This document shows, piece after piece, positions 39,926 through 54,024 of a DNA stretch of 64,000 nt. Position numbers and translations under genes: made by a program. The notes below the pieces were generated by a model. It saw only the letters and a list, made by a program, of their open reading frames with translations, was not told where the DNA came from and did not search any database. Positions within the stretch are counted from its first letter, which is position 1; every line of letters starts with the position of its first letter. This stretch comes from Octopus vulgaris (taxonomy: Eukaryota). The stretch is taken from contig OX597816.1 of NCBI GenBank assembly GCA_951406725.2, positions 151,652,001 through 151,716,000 of the forward strand. Reading direction: 5' to 3'.

Positions 39926-41144
39926 AAAAAATGCGATATTAGATATTGAATAATAGTAAAAACCACAAAGGGGTAGGTACACCTTCACAATTTGGCTCAT
40001 TGGTCTTAGATATATTTTTCTTTGTGAAACAAATTGATTTTGTCATACAAAAATAAGTCATTATAGTGATTTGTAAGCTCATACCAAATCATGATTGTGA
40101 ATGGTATGATTTATCATTCAGCCAATCAGTGAACATTGTACTGCAAATTTGTGGTGTCCATTCCTCTAGGTTTTCTATATTACAACCAAAATAGTATTAG
40201 AAAACCAGTTTCAGCCTAGATATCATCACTGTTTCTTTGTTGTTGCGTAGATATGTATATTGTTCAGACATAGCAGAAACTGTCCACAAGCACATCTATT
40301 TGATACCTTCTAGAAGACCATACAAGATCTGAAAAATGAGGATATGTTTATTTTGTCATGTGCAAAGATGCAACATTATGTGTTCTTGATGTATATACAA
40401 AACAACTAGTCTGTTTTCACTAAATTGGGACATGATAGAAACATTTTAAATATAGATTCAAAATCCTGCAACCAGAAATGCCCAGAAATATTCTCTTGTA
40501 ACAAATCCTTGTTGCTTAGTGCAGTGTTTCTCCTAGAGGGTGCATTTTGATTGAAAGAAAAATGTGAAGTATTGTAAAATTAAGACTGAAAAATTTTTTA
40601 ATTATTATCCAACATCATGGCAAAAAAAAAAAGCAATTGCATGGATAGAAAATCTATTTTGTCTTTACATTAATAAAGTGTGGGGGGCAAAAAATTTCAT
40701 TAATATATTTATGAGAAACAGAGTACCTAGCTTAATTACCACTGACCTGCTGTCATCAACACATTTTCACTATTTTGTATGTAACTCCAGAAAGATTGTA
40801 TAACCTCCTGGGATTGTGATTCAAGTGACTTATCAAACAAAAAGTGCCTTTTGAGTTAGATTTTAGCATACAAAACCTGACAAACACTTCAGTATCTCCA
40901 TCAAGATTAAGCCACCAAACACAACTCCCTGCTTTCTTCAATCTTTGTTGTTCACCCATGGTAGATAATGAATTATATAAAGAACTTTTGTACAATAAGA
41001 TTTGGGAATAAATAGCCTTAAAAGTAAGAATATTCTCTGCAATTTGGAAAAATGTATGGCAAATAGTTGTGTTCTAAAGGAGTTGGTTTAGACCAGTTTT
41101 TTTTTTTTTTTAGAAGTACAATACTTTGAGCAAACATAAGAAGT

Positions 41145-41433
41145 TAACAGCACAGCTCCCATGACTTCAGGAAACATTTTTTCACGCTGAGAGTTGCTGA
41201 AGCGTGGAACAAACTGCCGGCATCGGTTGTTAGTTGTCGGAGCACTGCATCCTTCAAGACTTCCATGCTTCCTGAGATTCGCCAACACTACACTTGATTT
41301 TCTCCCCTCCATACACACACAAGCATGTTCACTTTCCAGACATTTCTACATTACTGCATGTACTTTATATGCACTTTCTGACAAGTTGTGGTGCACCTGA
41401 GCACTGTATACAATAATTTCATTATTATTATTA
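41145..41433 (+). mobile_element. CR1/L2-type LINE 3' end
   Basis: HDFRKHFFTLRVAEAWNKLPASVV...FKT-stop, followed by a short UTR and an (ATT)n tail. A degenerate relative lies at about 14520-14650. Confidence 0.8.
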
Positions 41434-44400
41434 TAAAAGTATGAGTCAAAATTATTAGCCATGTCTTAGAGTAACAGCTAAAATTTATTCATCTATACTT
41501 TTGTCAGAATGTTACACATTCATAAAAAATACTGTATCAAATTGATATGAATCATACTTTAATCTATTAAGAGTATCAACATGACTGATAGTTTTACCAG
41601 ACATGAAAATTATTTAAATATCTGTAATAATATGAGTATCTACTTGGAAATCCACTGAAAAATTTACCTGAAACCATCAAGATTCTTTAAAAGTATAATT
41701 GCAATGTGTGAAATATTTTAACAAAAAATGTGTCAGTATACTACTATGTAGGGTTCATATTCAATCTTATTCTAATTTATTTGAATATACAATCAAGTAT
41801 ATGAGAAACATTCTATGAACTTACTATTTTGAGACCTTATACTTGCCACTGAAAATTCAGAAATAGTAAAAAAAAATTGTTTCAGGCTTTATAAGATTAT
41901 ATCAAAACAGAATATAGGTAAAAAAAATTAGTCTCTATGAATGTCAGATTTTAAATAATTCCTGAAGTAAAAACATATCTTTTTTATTACAAGACATACC
42001 ATCTCAAATGCTCTAATTGAAATAATACAGATTTTTTAAAATGAAGCATAAACAACCAGACAGAGACAGTGATTGGGAATTAGAAATTCTCGTCTCGAGG
42101 GGGTCTAAATCAATTAAATGGAGTTCATTTAACCAGTGAAACTACATCCAGACTGTTAAACTACATACATTCTCAATCACTTTTCAACAAATCCAGTATT
42201 AAACTGGGAAGAGAGATGTAAACAGATAACTACCCAGAAGTTAATTTCTTTGGGTTCTCAAAAATATTTGGAAGAAGTTAATATTTGCTTTCTAAAAGAA
42301 GCCTGCAAGTTCAGGAAAGAGATCTCTTATTCTTTTAAAGACTGATAGGTTATTGGTGTGAACAATACTATTATGATTGTGTTTTCTTTCTTGCTAATGC
42401 AATGTGTTTCTGTTTAATTTTTCTAGCAACTCTAACTTCTCATGGCTTTTTTTAATAAAGGCAAGGATAGACAGTCATTTTGCTTTGGATGAAGCAGTAT
42501 TTCTTATTTAGGAGACTGTCACTGTTTTTTAGTCATCTCTTTCCTCTCACTTTACATCTTATCACATTCATTGCATGGAATTTGACATACTTCAAGATAG
42601 AAAGGAAGTCTTCATAACCTTCGCAACTTCTGCTGTTGCAGAAAGCAGTTCTTGATAACTATGGTTAGTAAAAGCTGAGGACATTTCCTCTGTGAATTGT
42701 TATAAAGGTGAGAGAGAGATATATAAAAGGAAAAAGCATGAGATATAAAGAGAGAGAGGCGAAGTGAGGGAGAAAGCTTTCATATAAATAATGGTTTCCT
42801 GGTTAGGTGCTTACTCACAAGTATATCTGTTGGTAGCTTTTCTTTCTGCTTTTTCCATGTATGCTATTTTTAGTTTTATAAGCATCGCAAAATGAGGGGA
42901 ATTGATGAGGTTTGAGCATTGTACCAACATAGTGATGTAAATGTCATGCTGGACTAGTCTTAGATTTAAAACCTGGTATGCAGAGAGAATGAAAGGGGAT
43001 AACGGTAAGAACTGGTGAGGGAAAGCAGAAAGAATCAGCACCTCAACAAAGATTAAAAAAGAAATGCAAAGAGTTCAAGGAAAGGGAGGGGACCCACTTA
43101 AGAAGATGAACTACTTGTTTATTTTCCCCACTTAACTTCTTTCCCCTTTCATTTACCTCCCACTCCAGAATTCTGACCCTCAAACTCTCTCACTTAGTTG
43201 GCCTTCCACCTTCACACAATCCTTCATTTCAATTCCTTCCCATTTACTTACCTTCAGCTAAATCTTCAAATCATACCCTGCCCACAAGATTTTGAGCAGA
43301 AAAGTTGCATTCATCAATGTAATGAGAAACTTCCAATGTAGATGTTAGAAATAAATAGGTAATCATTATTTTGCTGGATTTTGTCCATGTTATTATGAAT
43401 TAAAGAATCAGAACTGGATACATCATTCTTGTTGCTGCCAAAGTTACTGAATGCAGCCTGCAGAACAGCTTGAAGAGCACAGACGCAAGAATATATTCTT
43501 GCTTAGTACCATTTAAAATAGGAAAAATCTACAAACATCTCACCACTAGAATGAGCAGTAGCTACCATGATTTCATTGTAACCTCAGATGACTCTTATCA
43601 TTCTATTTGGCATGTAGATTAGAAGCTATTATTCGAATGGAAATTCTGGAAACAGAATCAAGAACAGATCTCTTCTGGAGACACATACACACACAAATCA
43701 TTCTCAAGCACTTGTGCCAATTAGGGAGAATATTAACCATGGTATTTACCAATGGGTTAGTCACTATGAAAAAAATATTAAATTATGGAAGCTCAGTTCT
43801 ATATCTAAGTGGCAGGTATAGGTGTGTATGTGAATAGACAGCAGTAAGTTGTCTAATACATCAATGGAAGTGGACTTCTGTGTTTTTAGTTTCAGTGACA
43901 CTTGACACTAATATTTTGATTTGCCTACCCATGTCAGTGACCTAAATCCACACTAGATACCTAGGTGAACAGTATCATCAAGGTAAATATTAAATCAATC
44001 AAAGGCAACATAAGCACAGATCTGTGAAGAGAAATACTGCTATAGGTGTCTGTCTCTCATGTTTTTTTCATTTTTGTATATTGATAGAATTCTTGAACAG
44101 CTGGAAAAAGATGCATGGAGCCATATTAAGTTGACGCATCTGGTTAGTTGGTTGTTGTATATTTTTACACCTCTCTCAGGAGGCTGTTTTTGCTAAGTTC
44201 CTTTGTTATCTGACTACTTCTTTGTGAGGAACTTGATTTCTGCTTTAGGGTGTATAGCATTTCTTTGAACACTAGTTTGTTGGAGAACTCTAGGTGGCAC
44301 TAGAGTTACTGTTTAGCCCAGCTTTTCAGAAACATTTTCAGTCATTCAGCATCTGGATTCAAAGAGAGATTTCAACATTCAACAGAAACTTCTGTTATGA

Positions 44401-45324
44401 GTAACAACAATTGCATTTTTTTAGTTTTTTTTCCTTCACCTCCAGGACTCATCATCATCAACATTTAACATCTGTTTTCCATGTTGGAATGAGTTGGACA
44501 GTTTGACAGGAGCTGGCCAGACTCCAATTGTCTGTTGTAGCATGGTTTCTATGGTTGGATGCTTTTCCCAATACCAATTTACAAATAAGCTTCTATAATC
44601 TGTGCTGATAAGATGTTGCTTATTAATGGGAAAATTCCTGAAAATATCCTTTCTTAGCACTATATATATCATTCAAAGCTTCAGTAAAACCTAACAACTT
44701 CAAAGAACCTGGAATTCAAACAGCTATTTCCAAAAGTAAGCTTTTCCAGTTTCCAGTAAAAGTAGATGGAACCAATGAGTAATATTTACTGCATTTTTGA
44801 CTTTGAAGAAAATATATTTGTTTACAAATTTTCACTACCTTGTCAAAACTATATCAGCAAAGAAAAGACCTTCTCTAAATGGAGTAAAATCTATAACATA
44901 TTCACAACACTATTTCAGAAATTTATCACTGTTCTCTTTGAACATATAAAAGACAAATTTAAGCGGGGCAAAATGGGTAAGACAAGACAAGGTAAGTATG
45001 CTTTTCCATTTCTCCAGAACTAAATTTGTAAAAAGAGTCATACACATAAACATCAGAAAGATCAGAAACGTAACAAAATTCTAAATGTCTTGGTCAAATG
45101 AAAGCTGATTATGGAAAAATAGTGCATAATATGAATTTAATGAAACTCAACTAAATCTAGAAACTCAAAATAAAATATTCTTTATTGCTTCTTCACCAAA
45201 AATTATCCAGATATTTTATTAGCTACCTTAATTACAATCGGGTCAAATTTGAAGAAAAATTTCTTGAAAATAGCACCTGTCAATTATGTTTCAAATTCTC
45301 AGCTTCAGCAACAACTATGTAAAC

Positions 45325-47300
45325 CAGGGGTTCTCAACCATTTTTACTTGTGAACCCCTTCGATTCCTATTTCCCTCCTGTGGACCCACCAGCATCATAC
45401 CCATTTGATTTTTTTAAAAAATCATATTGTATTTTTTTAATTAGATATTATTAGGACTTGTATAAAAATTATTGAAATATTTTGCATACTGTAGACCTAT
45501 AACCAATTTCTTAACAACTAAATTCTATAAAAAATGAATGTTCACAAGTAAAATGAGTCATAAATATACAAGTATATATTTATTAAAATAAGATAGTACT
45601 TTAGTGTTAATTTCTTTAATGCAAGTCTGGCAGTTGGCTCTGCTCTGTTAGTTTTAAAATATTCTACTCCAGTGTTGTCAATGATAATCGAAGATCACCT
45701 TTTTCTATGCCGATTCGATTACGAGCTTTTGACAGTAAGTTAGTAACATAGCTGAAACTAGATTCAACAAGGTAAGATAAAGGAAATGCAGCAAAGTGCA
45801 ACTGTGCTTCCCCACCAGAATAGTGGATACTTAGTAGCAGTGTCATTTCTTTTTCATACATTATGTTCTCCATATTTAAATCTTGCCTGAAATATTTTAT
45901 CACTCTGCAATTCAATGAGATTCTCCTGCAAACAGATAACTACATCAGCAACATTAATAAGAAATTTCACCCAATGTGGTATATTTAACTGCAGCAGGTT
46001 ATTAAACTGAGCTTGCATAGCATTATGCAAGTTTTTCAAATCTTCAGTATAGAAGGTCATCATCATGCAAATTACTGTTACTTGATTCCAAACTAGGAGA
46101 CTGTAATAATACACAACATACATTTATTCTCTAGAGCTGTACTTACCCTTGAAATGTAGTAATAGCTCCTTTGGAGGATAAAAAATCAGGGTTTTCTCCT
46201 TGAAGCTGTTTGTTAATCAAATTAATTTTATCTAACATATCTGATAAATATATCACATTTAGCTGCAACCATTTGTTGGCTGAGACTGTTGTTAGCCAGG
46301 AATAAGACAAAAGTGTACCAAAGTGCAAGAAAAATTGATACAGACAATTACATTTTGATAACCATCTTATCTCTGTGTGAATTACAAAGGGTTCAAATTC
46401 TTCATTTCTATTACAGAATTCATGAAATATTACAATATTAAAGGCATTGTGCAGATGTGCACTTAATTGTTTTGCTGGTGTTATCACACAGTGTATACAA
46501 AATACAGAATTTATTAAATAGGTAACAAAACCTCTGTATCTGCCAATCATGGATGGAGCATAGTCATTAGCGCAAGCTATTATATTTCTGAGGGGAATAT
46601 TATGTTCCTCAAAATAATTTACATTTTTGAAAATTGTTTTTCCTTTAGTGTTTGTTTTAAGATGTCTGGCAAAAAGCACTTTCTCTTTGAATTCATTACC
46701 CTCCAAAAAACGATCATATGCTAATAAAATAGCTTTACTATCTCTCAGGGTAGATTCATCAGGTTGAAGAGGAAATTTCCGTACTTGTAAGTTGGCTACA
46801 AGTTGCTATTCCACATCTTAACCATTTCATCAATGCACCGTGACACTGATGAGTTACTTAAAAGAATCTTACAAGTAATTTCATTCACCTTGTTTCATAA
46901 ATGATGAAACTATGACAGATGCCACAGGCAAAATTACAGTTTATCAATATTATGGGGTTTCCCAACCTTTGCTATAATTTTAGAAATTTCATAAGATGTC
47001 AGTCAACCATTATTATTTTTACGCAATTGATTACTAAATAACTGATTCACTATTTTTCTTGCTCGGAATTCATTGCACAGTTTTCTAAAACATTCTACTG
47101 GATAGTTTTACTTGTCTTTGAGCTCGGTCTCTGAATGGATTTTAAGCTTAGCCGGCTTCTTGCTATCATTTGACATACATGAGACACAATGGTTTCACTT
47201 CATTCTGTGGTGATAGAATACAACCATAAGACAGATATTCAATGGAATACTGTCAGCATTTCTTCTTAGTCGGAGGGGCAAAATTTTGATTTAAGCACCC
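45325..47300 (-). mobile_element. Decayed hAT (Charlie/Buster-type) DNA transposon
   Basis: Terminus CAGGGGTTCTCAACC. Fragmented transposase with LQPDEST, HCVI, HTEIRWLSK.NCL and FP.SYLVES.FS motifs across several frames. The far end is not defined. Confidence 0.85.
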
Positions 47301-48677
47301 CATATAACCCCTTGTAATTTTTCTATTTTTTTGAATTTTCAGAAAATTTCTGTGAATTTGTCTTCTACACATGAGAATTCAAAAGATTATGCAAATAAAA
47401 TTTTTGTGTGTGATTTAGGCAATTTAGCCGTTGTTTTTAACACATCGCACAACCACCTGATACCTTCCTCATTTCTTTGTCACTATGACATATTGATATT
47501 GTTCAAAAGTGGTCCATTGCTGGAATTTAAGTAAAAAAAGTTCTGAATGTCTATTTTAAACTCTGATTTTTAAAAAAAATTTAAAAGAAGTATGAAATTT
47601 TAGTATATTATTTTTTTTTTTGCAATAAATGTATGAATTCCAATGTATAGAATACAAATCCACAAAAATTTTCTGAAAATCCCCAAAAAATAAAACCCAT
47701 GACCACCTGCTACCTTCATTTCTACTCTTTGTTGTATTTTTCTTTTTTTTAATTGGAGTTTAAAATATGGATAGTCCGAATTTTAGGCTCAAATCCCATC
47801 AGTGGATGCATGAGCAATCCACTAAATGTATTTATTGAGAGAAAAATATTGAAAAATATTAATATATGCTAGTAACAAAGAAATGAAGAAGGTATCAGGT
47901 GGTCGTGGGATGTACTAAAAATAACAGCTAAATCGCCCTTAAATCACACAATTTTGTTCATAATCATTTGTATTCTCATGTGTGGAGCACAAATTCATAA
48001 AAGTTTTCTGAAAATTCCAAAACAAAAGTTATATGCAATACTATATTTATCAGTAATGGATTAAAATAATTGTAAATTTCTTTTCTTAGAATATGTGTTA
48101 AAATACCAGTTACATAAGATATGAAAAACTTCTTACCTTTATCCTAAAGAACTCGGAGATCAGTCTTGCAAAAATATGTTGAAATCAACTTGTTGCTAAG
48201 AACTGAGATATTTCTTGTGAGAATTCTCTGTCCCTCTCTCTTCTATATATCTATTCACACACACACATATATATATATATATGTATATATTCACACACAC
48301 ACACACACATATGCACTCGTATGTGCATAGTTAGCTAGACAGATGGACAAATAGATGTATACAAACATGCATACACATTTATATATGTAGATATACATAC
48401 ACACGTGTGTGTATATATATATAAGAATGATTGTAGTACTATCATCTCCAATAAATATTTTCTGGTGAGCAGTGAATGAGGAGGAGGGGTCTTAGAGACC
48501 AATGCCAAATAATATGTAATTAAGACCCTAACCAATTGCTGTCTCCAGTCAATGTGTCTAGAGCACTTTTGAAAGAACTGTAATGTGTGCATGTATATAT
48601 TTTTTTCAAGCTGTGTTCAGCCTTTTGACTTTTGTTTCGATTTTTGATTTGCCCATATACATACATACTGGAGGTAC

Positions 48678-48834
48678 AAGCATGGCTGTGTGGTACGAAG
48701 CTTGCTTCCAAACTATATGGTTCCAGGTTCAGTTCTGCTGTGTGGCATCTTGGGCAAGTGTCTTCTACTATAGCCTAAGGCTGATAAAAGCCTAGTGAGT
48801 AGATTTGGTAGACAGAAACTGAAAGAAGCCTGTC

Positions 48835-48868
<34 letters not shown>

Positions 48869-50272
48869 TGGGTGTGGTGAATAAATTGTTGTTTAAATTA
48901 TGCGAAAATGAAAATAACACTGACATTTCATTTTAACAGAAGCTTACCAAAATTACATAGAAATATCTTGAAATACCAAGAAGTAAATTTATTTAATAGA
49001 ATCACCATTGGTTTCAATGATAGCCTCCAGACGACTTCAGAATCTCCTACAACTCTTCTGGATGGTCTCCTTGATTAAGTTGGTAAATGCTGCCATAATC
49101 TTTGCCTTCAGTTCATCTTTGGTGTTACAAGGAGTTTTGTTGGTCTCTCGCTTAACTGTGCCCTACACATAATAAAGGGAGTTAGGTAGCCAGATGTTAG
49201 GGGTGATGTGGTCACAGAAACTGTCTGACAGCCATGGCTGTGTTCTCCTGCTTGTGTGGCATGGTGCAGAGCCCTGTTGCTAGATGTAGGGTCTTCCAGT
49301 AGCCACCCTCTTGACTTAGGGCAGCACTACCTCCTCCAGGCACTTGATGTAAGCCTCCATGTTGAGTCTGAGGCTGTGTGGGAAGATGAATGGAGGCATA
49401 ATGTCGCCATCACTAGTGATCATTCCAAACACCATGGTGTTAACTGGATGTTTGATTTTTATCACTCTCAGTACACGTTTTGGAGACATGGTAAGCCAAT
49501 GATTTTTCTGTGTTCACCATTTGATCCGTCTGAGAAAAACCAAAGCATGTTCAGTTGGAGGGGATGCTTGAGTTTGTTCAAAAACTTTGTAGTGTAGTGT
49601 TCCCTCTTGTCCTTGATGGCTTCGGATAAAAATTGGTCCTCTCTCATCTTGTATGAGGGATACCGAATGTCTTCATGGCTACCTACCGGATAAGAAACTC
49701 AGACACTTCTATGTCCCTGATTGACTTGGAGAGATCATCAATAATGGCCTGGATCTCACCAACAAATTTAGTTCTTTTCTTATCAGAATGAGATTTGCGC
49801 TGCTGTACCTTCGAAATCACCATTAGACTCATCAAACTCTTTTCGAATCCTCTGCACTGTCTTCAGATTGACACCCAAACACTCTGAAATGTTCGTATTG
49901 GAGCTTCCAGCATGAATGCCAAGCAATACAGCATGCTGTTTCCAAATTTCTGGCAGAGTGAATTGTATCACGGTGCCCAGCTGACCCTACTGTGTTGTCG
50001 ACAGAATCAAAAACAATGAGCATGCGTGAAATTATTAAAATGGCGACAATTTACCCATCACACCCTGTGTATATGTGTGTGCATCTTTGTTCCCCCCACC
50101 ACTTAATGTTGGTGTGTTTATGTCCCCATAACTTAGTGGCTCAGCAAAAAGAACCAATAGAATAAGTACTAGCTTACAAAGAATAAGTCCTGGGGATGAT
50201 TTGTTTGACTAAAAAGCCTTCAAGGCAGTGCTCCAGCACAGTCGCAGTCAAATGACTGAAACAAGTAAAAGC
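48678..50272 (+). mobile_element. SINE family B split by a mariner insertion
   Basis: 5' half about 48678-48840; 3' half about 50068-50272. Confidence 0.8.
48868..50067 (-). mobile_element. Tc1/mariner element (maT/DD37D-like), decayed
   Basis: Imperfect TIRs GGGTGTGGTGAATAAATTGT / ACAATTTACCCATCACACCC. HTH-like N-terminus (ORF 49783-49971); QQ.SAPCHTS..TQ.WL and W.PNS..YYV.G remnants. Confidence 0.85.
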
Positions 50273-50814
50273 ATACATACAAATTTACATCGATATTAAA
50301 TATACTATTTCTTAGTGTTCTTCAGAGCAGCTGGCTCCAATCTTTATTTGCTCAAGCACAAGTGTTACTGTTATAAGTTCAACTGAAAACCTATAAATGT
50401 TAATACTTCCTTGCAAAATACTTCAGGATAGTGATTTCTACTAAAGACACAAAAAGTAATGGAAACAGGGAGCTGTGATAGTCCTCTCTTTCCCAAAGGC
50501 ATCAGAGATATAAATAGAGTGAAATAAAGCAAGCCAGCATAAAAACCAATTCACTGCTCTGAATTTCCATGACTTTCCTTTTATTAGCTGTTATTTCATT
50601 CATAGCTTAATATACATCCAACACAAATGTTTCTTGTCTGCTAAAATCAAGAAACAGGTATGTGAAACATTGCATGTGCTTGTTTTGTTTTTAAGGAAAA
50701 GTACTTCTAGCACCTTTCATGAAACAGTGTAGAGTACATAAATTTTTCACAAAAGTCATATGTAGTAACTCTGTGACATAGTACACAGTAAGTGAACTTT
50801 AAGGCTAACACGTA

Positions 50815-50856
<42 letters not shown>

Positions 50857-50870
50857 TATATATACACATA

Positions 50871-51933
50871 CAGTTGTGGTGTGCAAGAGAGACGATTGCG
50901 CTAGTATGGTCATGTGGCGAGAATGGATGAAGATAGGTGTGTGAGAAAGTGCCAATCCCTAGCAGTTGAGGGAACCCGTGGAAGAGGTAGACCCAGGAAA
51001 ACCTGGGGCGAGGTGGTGAAGCACGACCTTCGAACTTTAGGCCTCACTGAGGAAATGACCAGCGACCGAGACCTTTGGAAATATTCTGTACGGGAGAAGA
51101 CCAGGCAGGACAAGTGAGCCCAGCCCACTTATGAATGCCTTTCCTCCCTTGGACACAAAGACCTGTTGAGGCAAGCGAAGTCGATATAGAACCTCATCCG
51201 ATGACAGACACCCATGCCAACCCCCCATGCTTGCGAAGACATGTTGGGGCAAGCGAAATCGAAATCGAAACCGAATTGAACCAGCCAGGATCCCTGGCCT
51301 GGTGGTACGTAAAAAGCACTATCCGACTCGTGGCCGTGGCACGTAAAATACTCCAATGCGACCGTACGACAGGCACCCATGCCAACCCCCTTTGCTTGTG
51401 AAGACATGTTGGGGCAAGCGAAATCGAAATCGAATTGAACCAGCCAGGATCCCTGGTCTGGTGGTACGTAAAAAGCACTATCCGACTCGTGGCACGTAAA
51501 ATACTCCAATGCGACCGTACGACAGGCACCCATGCCAACCCCCTTTGCTTGTGAAGACATGTTGGGGCAAGCGAAATCGAAATCGAATTGAACCAGCCAG
51601 GATCCCTGGTCTGGTGGTACGTAAAAAGCACTATCCGACTCGTGGCCGATGCCAGCACCGCCTCGACTGGCTTCCGTGCCGGTGGCACATAAAATACACC
51701 AATCTGACCGTGGCCGTTGCCAGCCTCGCCTGGCACCTGTGCAGGTGGCACGTAAAAAGCACCCACTACACTCACGGAGTGGTTGGCGTTAGGAAGGGCA
51801 TCCAGCTGTAGAAACATTGCCAGATTAGACTGGAGCCTGGTGCAGCCTTCTGGCTTCCCAGAACCCCGGTCGAACCGTCCAACCCATGCTAGCATGGAGA
51901 ACGGACGTTAAACGATGATGATGATGATGATGA
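50871..51933 (+). mobile_element. RTE LINE 3' end with 3' UTR tandem repeat and (GAT)n tail
   Basis: ERRLR.YGHVARMDEDRCVRKC...GTRGRGRPRKTWGEVV..D is the RTE ORF C-terminus. Tail at 51914-51933; possible TSD ATATATACACATA. Confidence 0.92.
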
Positions 51934-53989
51934 TATATACACATATATATATATATACATATATATACACATATATATATATATTACGGAGATGTACTTG
52001 CATAGCAAGTGACCTGGTCTGAGATCGTGTGCTGGAATGAAAACAATTGCAGCATGGAAGGTGTTTATAAGCCATTTAAGAAACACAAAATTTAATTTGC
52101 CAAAATATTTTCATCGCTTTGAGACCACGACCTGTTCATTGACAAAATTCCATGCTGCAGTGAACAGGTCACTGTCTCAAAGCGACGAAAATATTTTGGC
52201 AAATTAAATTTAAATGTTGAAGTGAATCTAACGGTTTTTGTGTGTTTCTTAAATGGCTTATAAACACCTTCCACGCTGCAATATATATATATATATATAT
52301 AGCAGTAACTGAATGCAATACACATTTTGGAAGTTGAGTAGTTATGTAAAACCCACTACAATAGACTGGAGTGGAGCAGTGGGCTAACAAGTTACAAACA
52401 GACCAACAATTGTTGACTTTAACACTATTACATCTCTGTGCTGGCACAGATTAAAGCTTAAATGAAAAGAAATATTGAGACAACAACCCATTTCAAAAAT
52501 ATTTTATTTACATTTGGAATTGTATAATTTCCATAACATTTTTTGTTAAAGAATAACACTGCCATATAGGATGTGTTAGATATCTTTTCATACCTTTTTG
52601 TTAATGCTACATAATCAATAGCAGTAACAGTATTACACACACACATACCACATGCATACATATCCATACACAACCCTTGGTAAAATTGTCAAATTCCTTA
52701 AGTGAGTTGAACATTTCAAGTAAAAATAAATGTAAATAAAGGCATTTCACTGCTAATAATACTGCATCACTACATGTGGAAAGTGATATAAGATTTTTTT
52801 TTTTTACAGAAACCCCAATATGTTTACTGAGAAGTTTAGATTCATCACTATCTTGTTATCAACTATGAGCTTGGTGAGACAAAAGCAAATGATATGAGAA
52901 ATATTTGCATTGATTTCCTTCAAATGTATAAAACAGTAGGGAGCTGATAGTGATAACATTAGATGAAATCCAGCTTTTGGAAAACAAATAACTTGTCAAC
53001 AGTGGAATTCCAAAAGAGGAGTTATGAAAAAAATATAAATTAAAAAAAAAGTATGTATTACAAATAGACGTCCAACATTATAGAGAAGAGGGTTAGCATA
53101 TTTTCTAGCTCAAGACTCCTTTATAGAAGGACTGCTTATTTTACTTGTTTAATATGAAAGTTAGCCACTTGTTTTCGGGTCCCTTATTATCAAATGAATA
53201 GTTTATGAGTTAACTTCTACAGCTAAATCTCTTTATATTACACCCTACTATTTTAAAACTGGAAGAACACATTGAATAATGCAGAGCTAGAAACACTGGA
53301 TAAAAGAGTGAGTAGACACAGCTGGAACTCATTTGATTGTAGATCTACATCATTAGGGTTGATTTGGAGCTAAACAACATAATTGTTTAAAATTAGTAGT
53401 GCAACAAGCAAATAATTAAGCATCTGTATTGTGAACTTCTACCAATAGTTGTTTAATCTAACCTGTTAGCTATAGGTAAGTGGTTAAGATATTAAGCTTC
53501 TTCACAGAATTAAAAAAATGTTAAAATTTCACCCATGTTATTCTGATGAGCTGTTAAGAAAAGTCATAGTATAGACTCCAGATTTTTTGAAAATTAGGCA
53601 CCATTCCTCTCAGTTAATATTAGAAATGATCACCATTACAAAATGCTTTTTGGCTGTAAAACTATGTAGTCCAAAACATTTTACAGCTAGATATATTTCT
53701 TCCTATTTCAAAAGGATTCAGACTTGACACTAGTTGAATCATCTCATTTATCGGAGTTGGACACAAAATAAACATCAATAACAGCACTAAAAGATATTAC
53801 TGATATATAATATAAAAGGGCTTTTATGACATTTGTGTGCAGAGAGCTAAGGAGGAGTGAAAGGTGACATCTATGAGTGTGTGTGTTTTTGCAAGAAACA
53901 TCCAGGTGCAGGCTGCTATATACAGAAGGAAGAGTTTGAGAGAGACATTACTAAACCACAGGATACACCAGGGATGATACAGAGTAAGC

Positions 53990-54024
<35 letters not shown>

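Noticed and set aside
40000-45300. Additional gene between AK and GDAP2
   Set aside because: No coherent exon chain on either strand; only decayed LINE fragments (e.g. about 42820-42950) were recognisable.
46143-46706. Domesticated ZBED8/SCAND3-like gene
   Set aside because: The transposase is broken by frameshifts and deletions and retains a transposon terminus.
51194-51895. 233-aa ORF with internal repeats; CRISPR-like periodicity
   Set aside because: It is the antisense reading of the RTE 3' UTR tandem repeat; there are no unique spacers and the context is eukaryotic.
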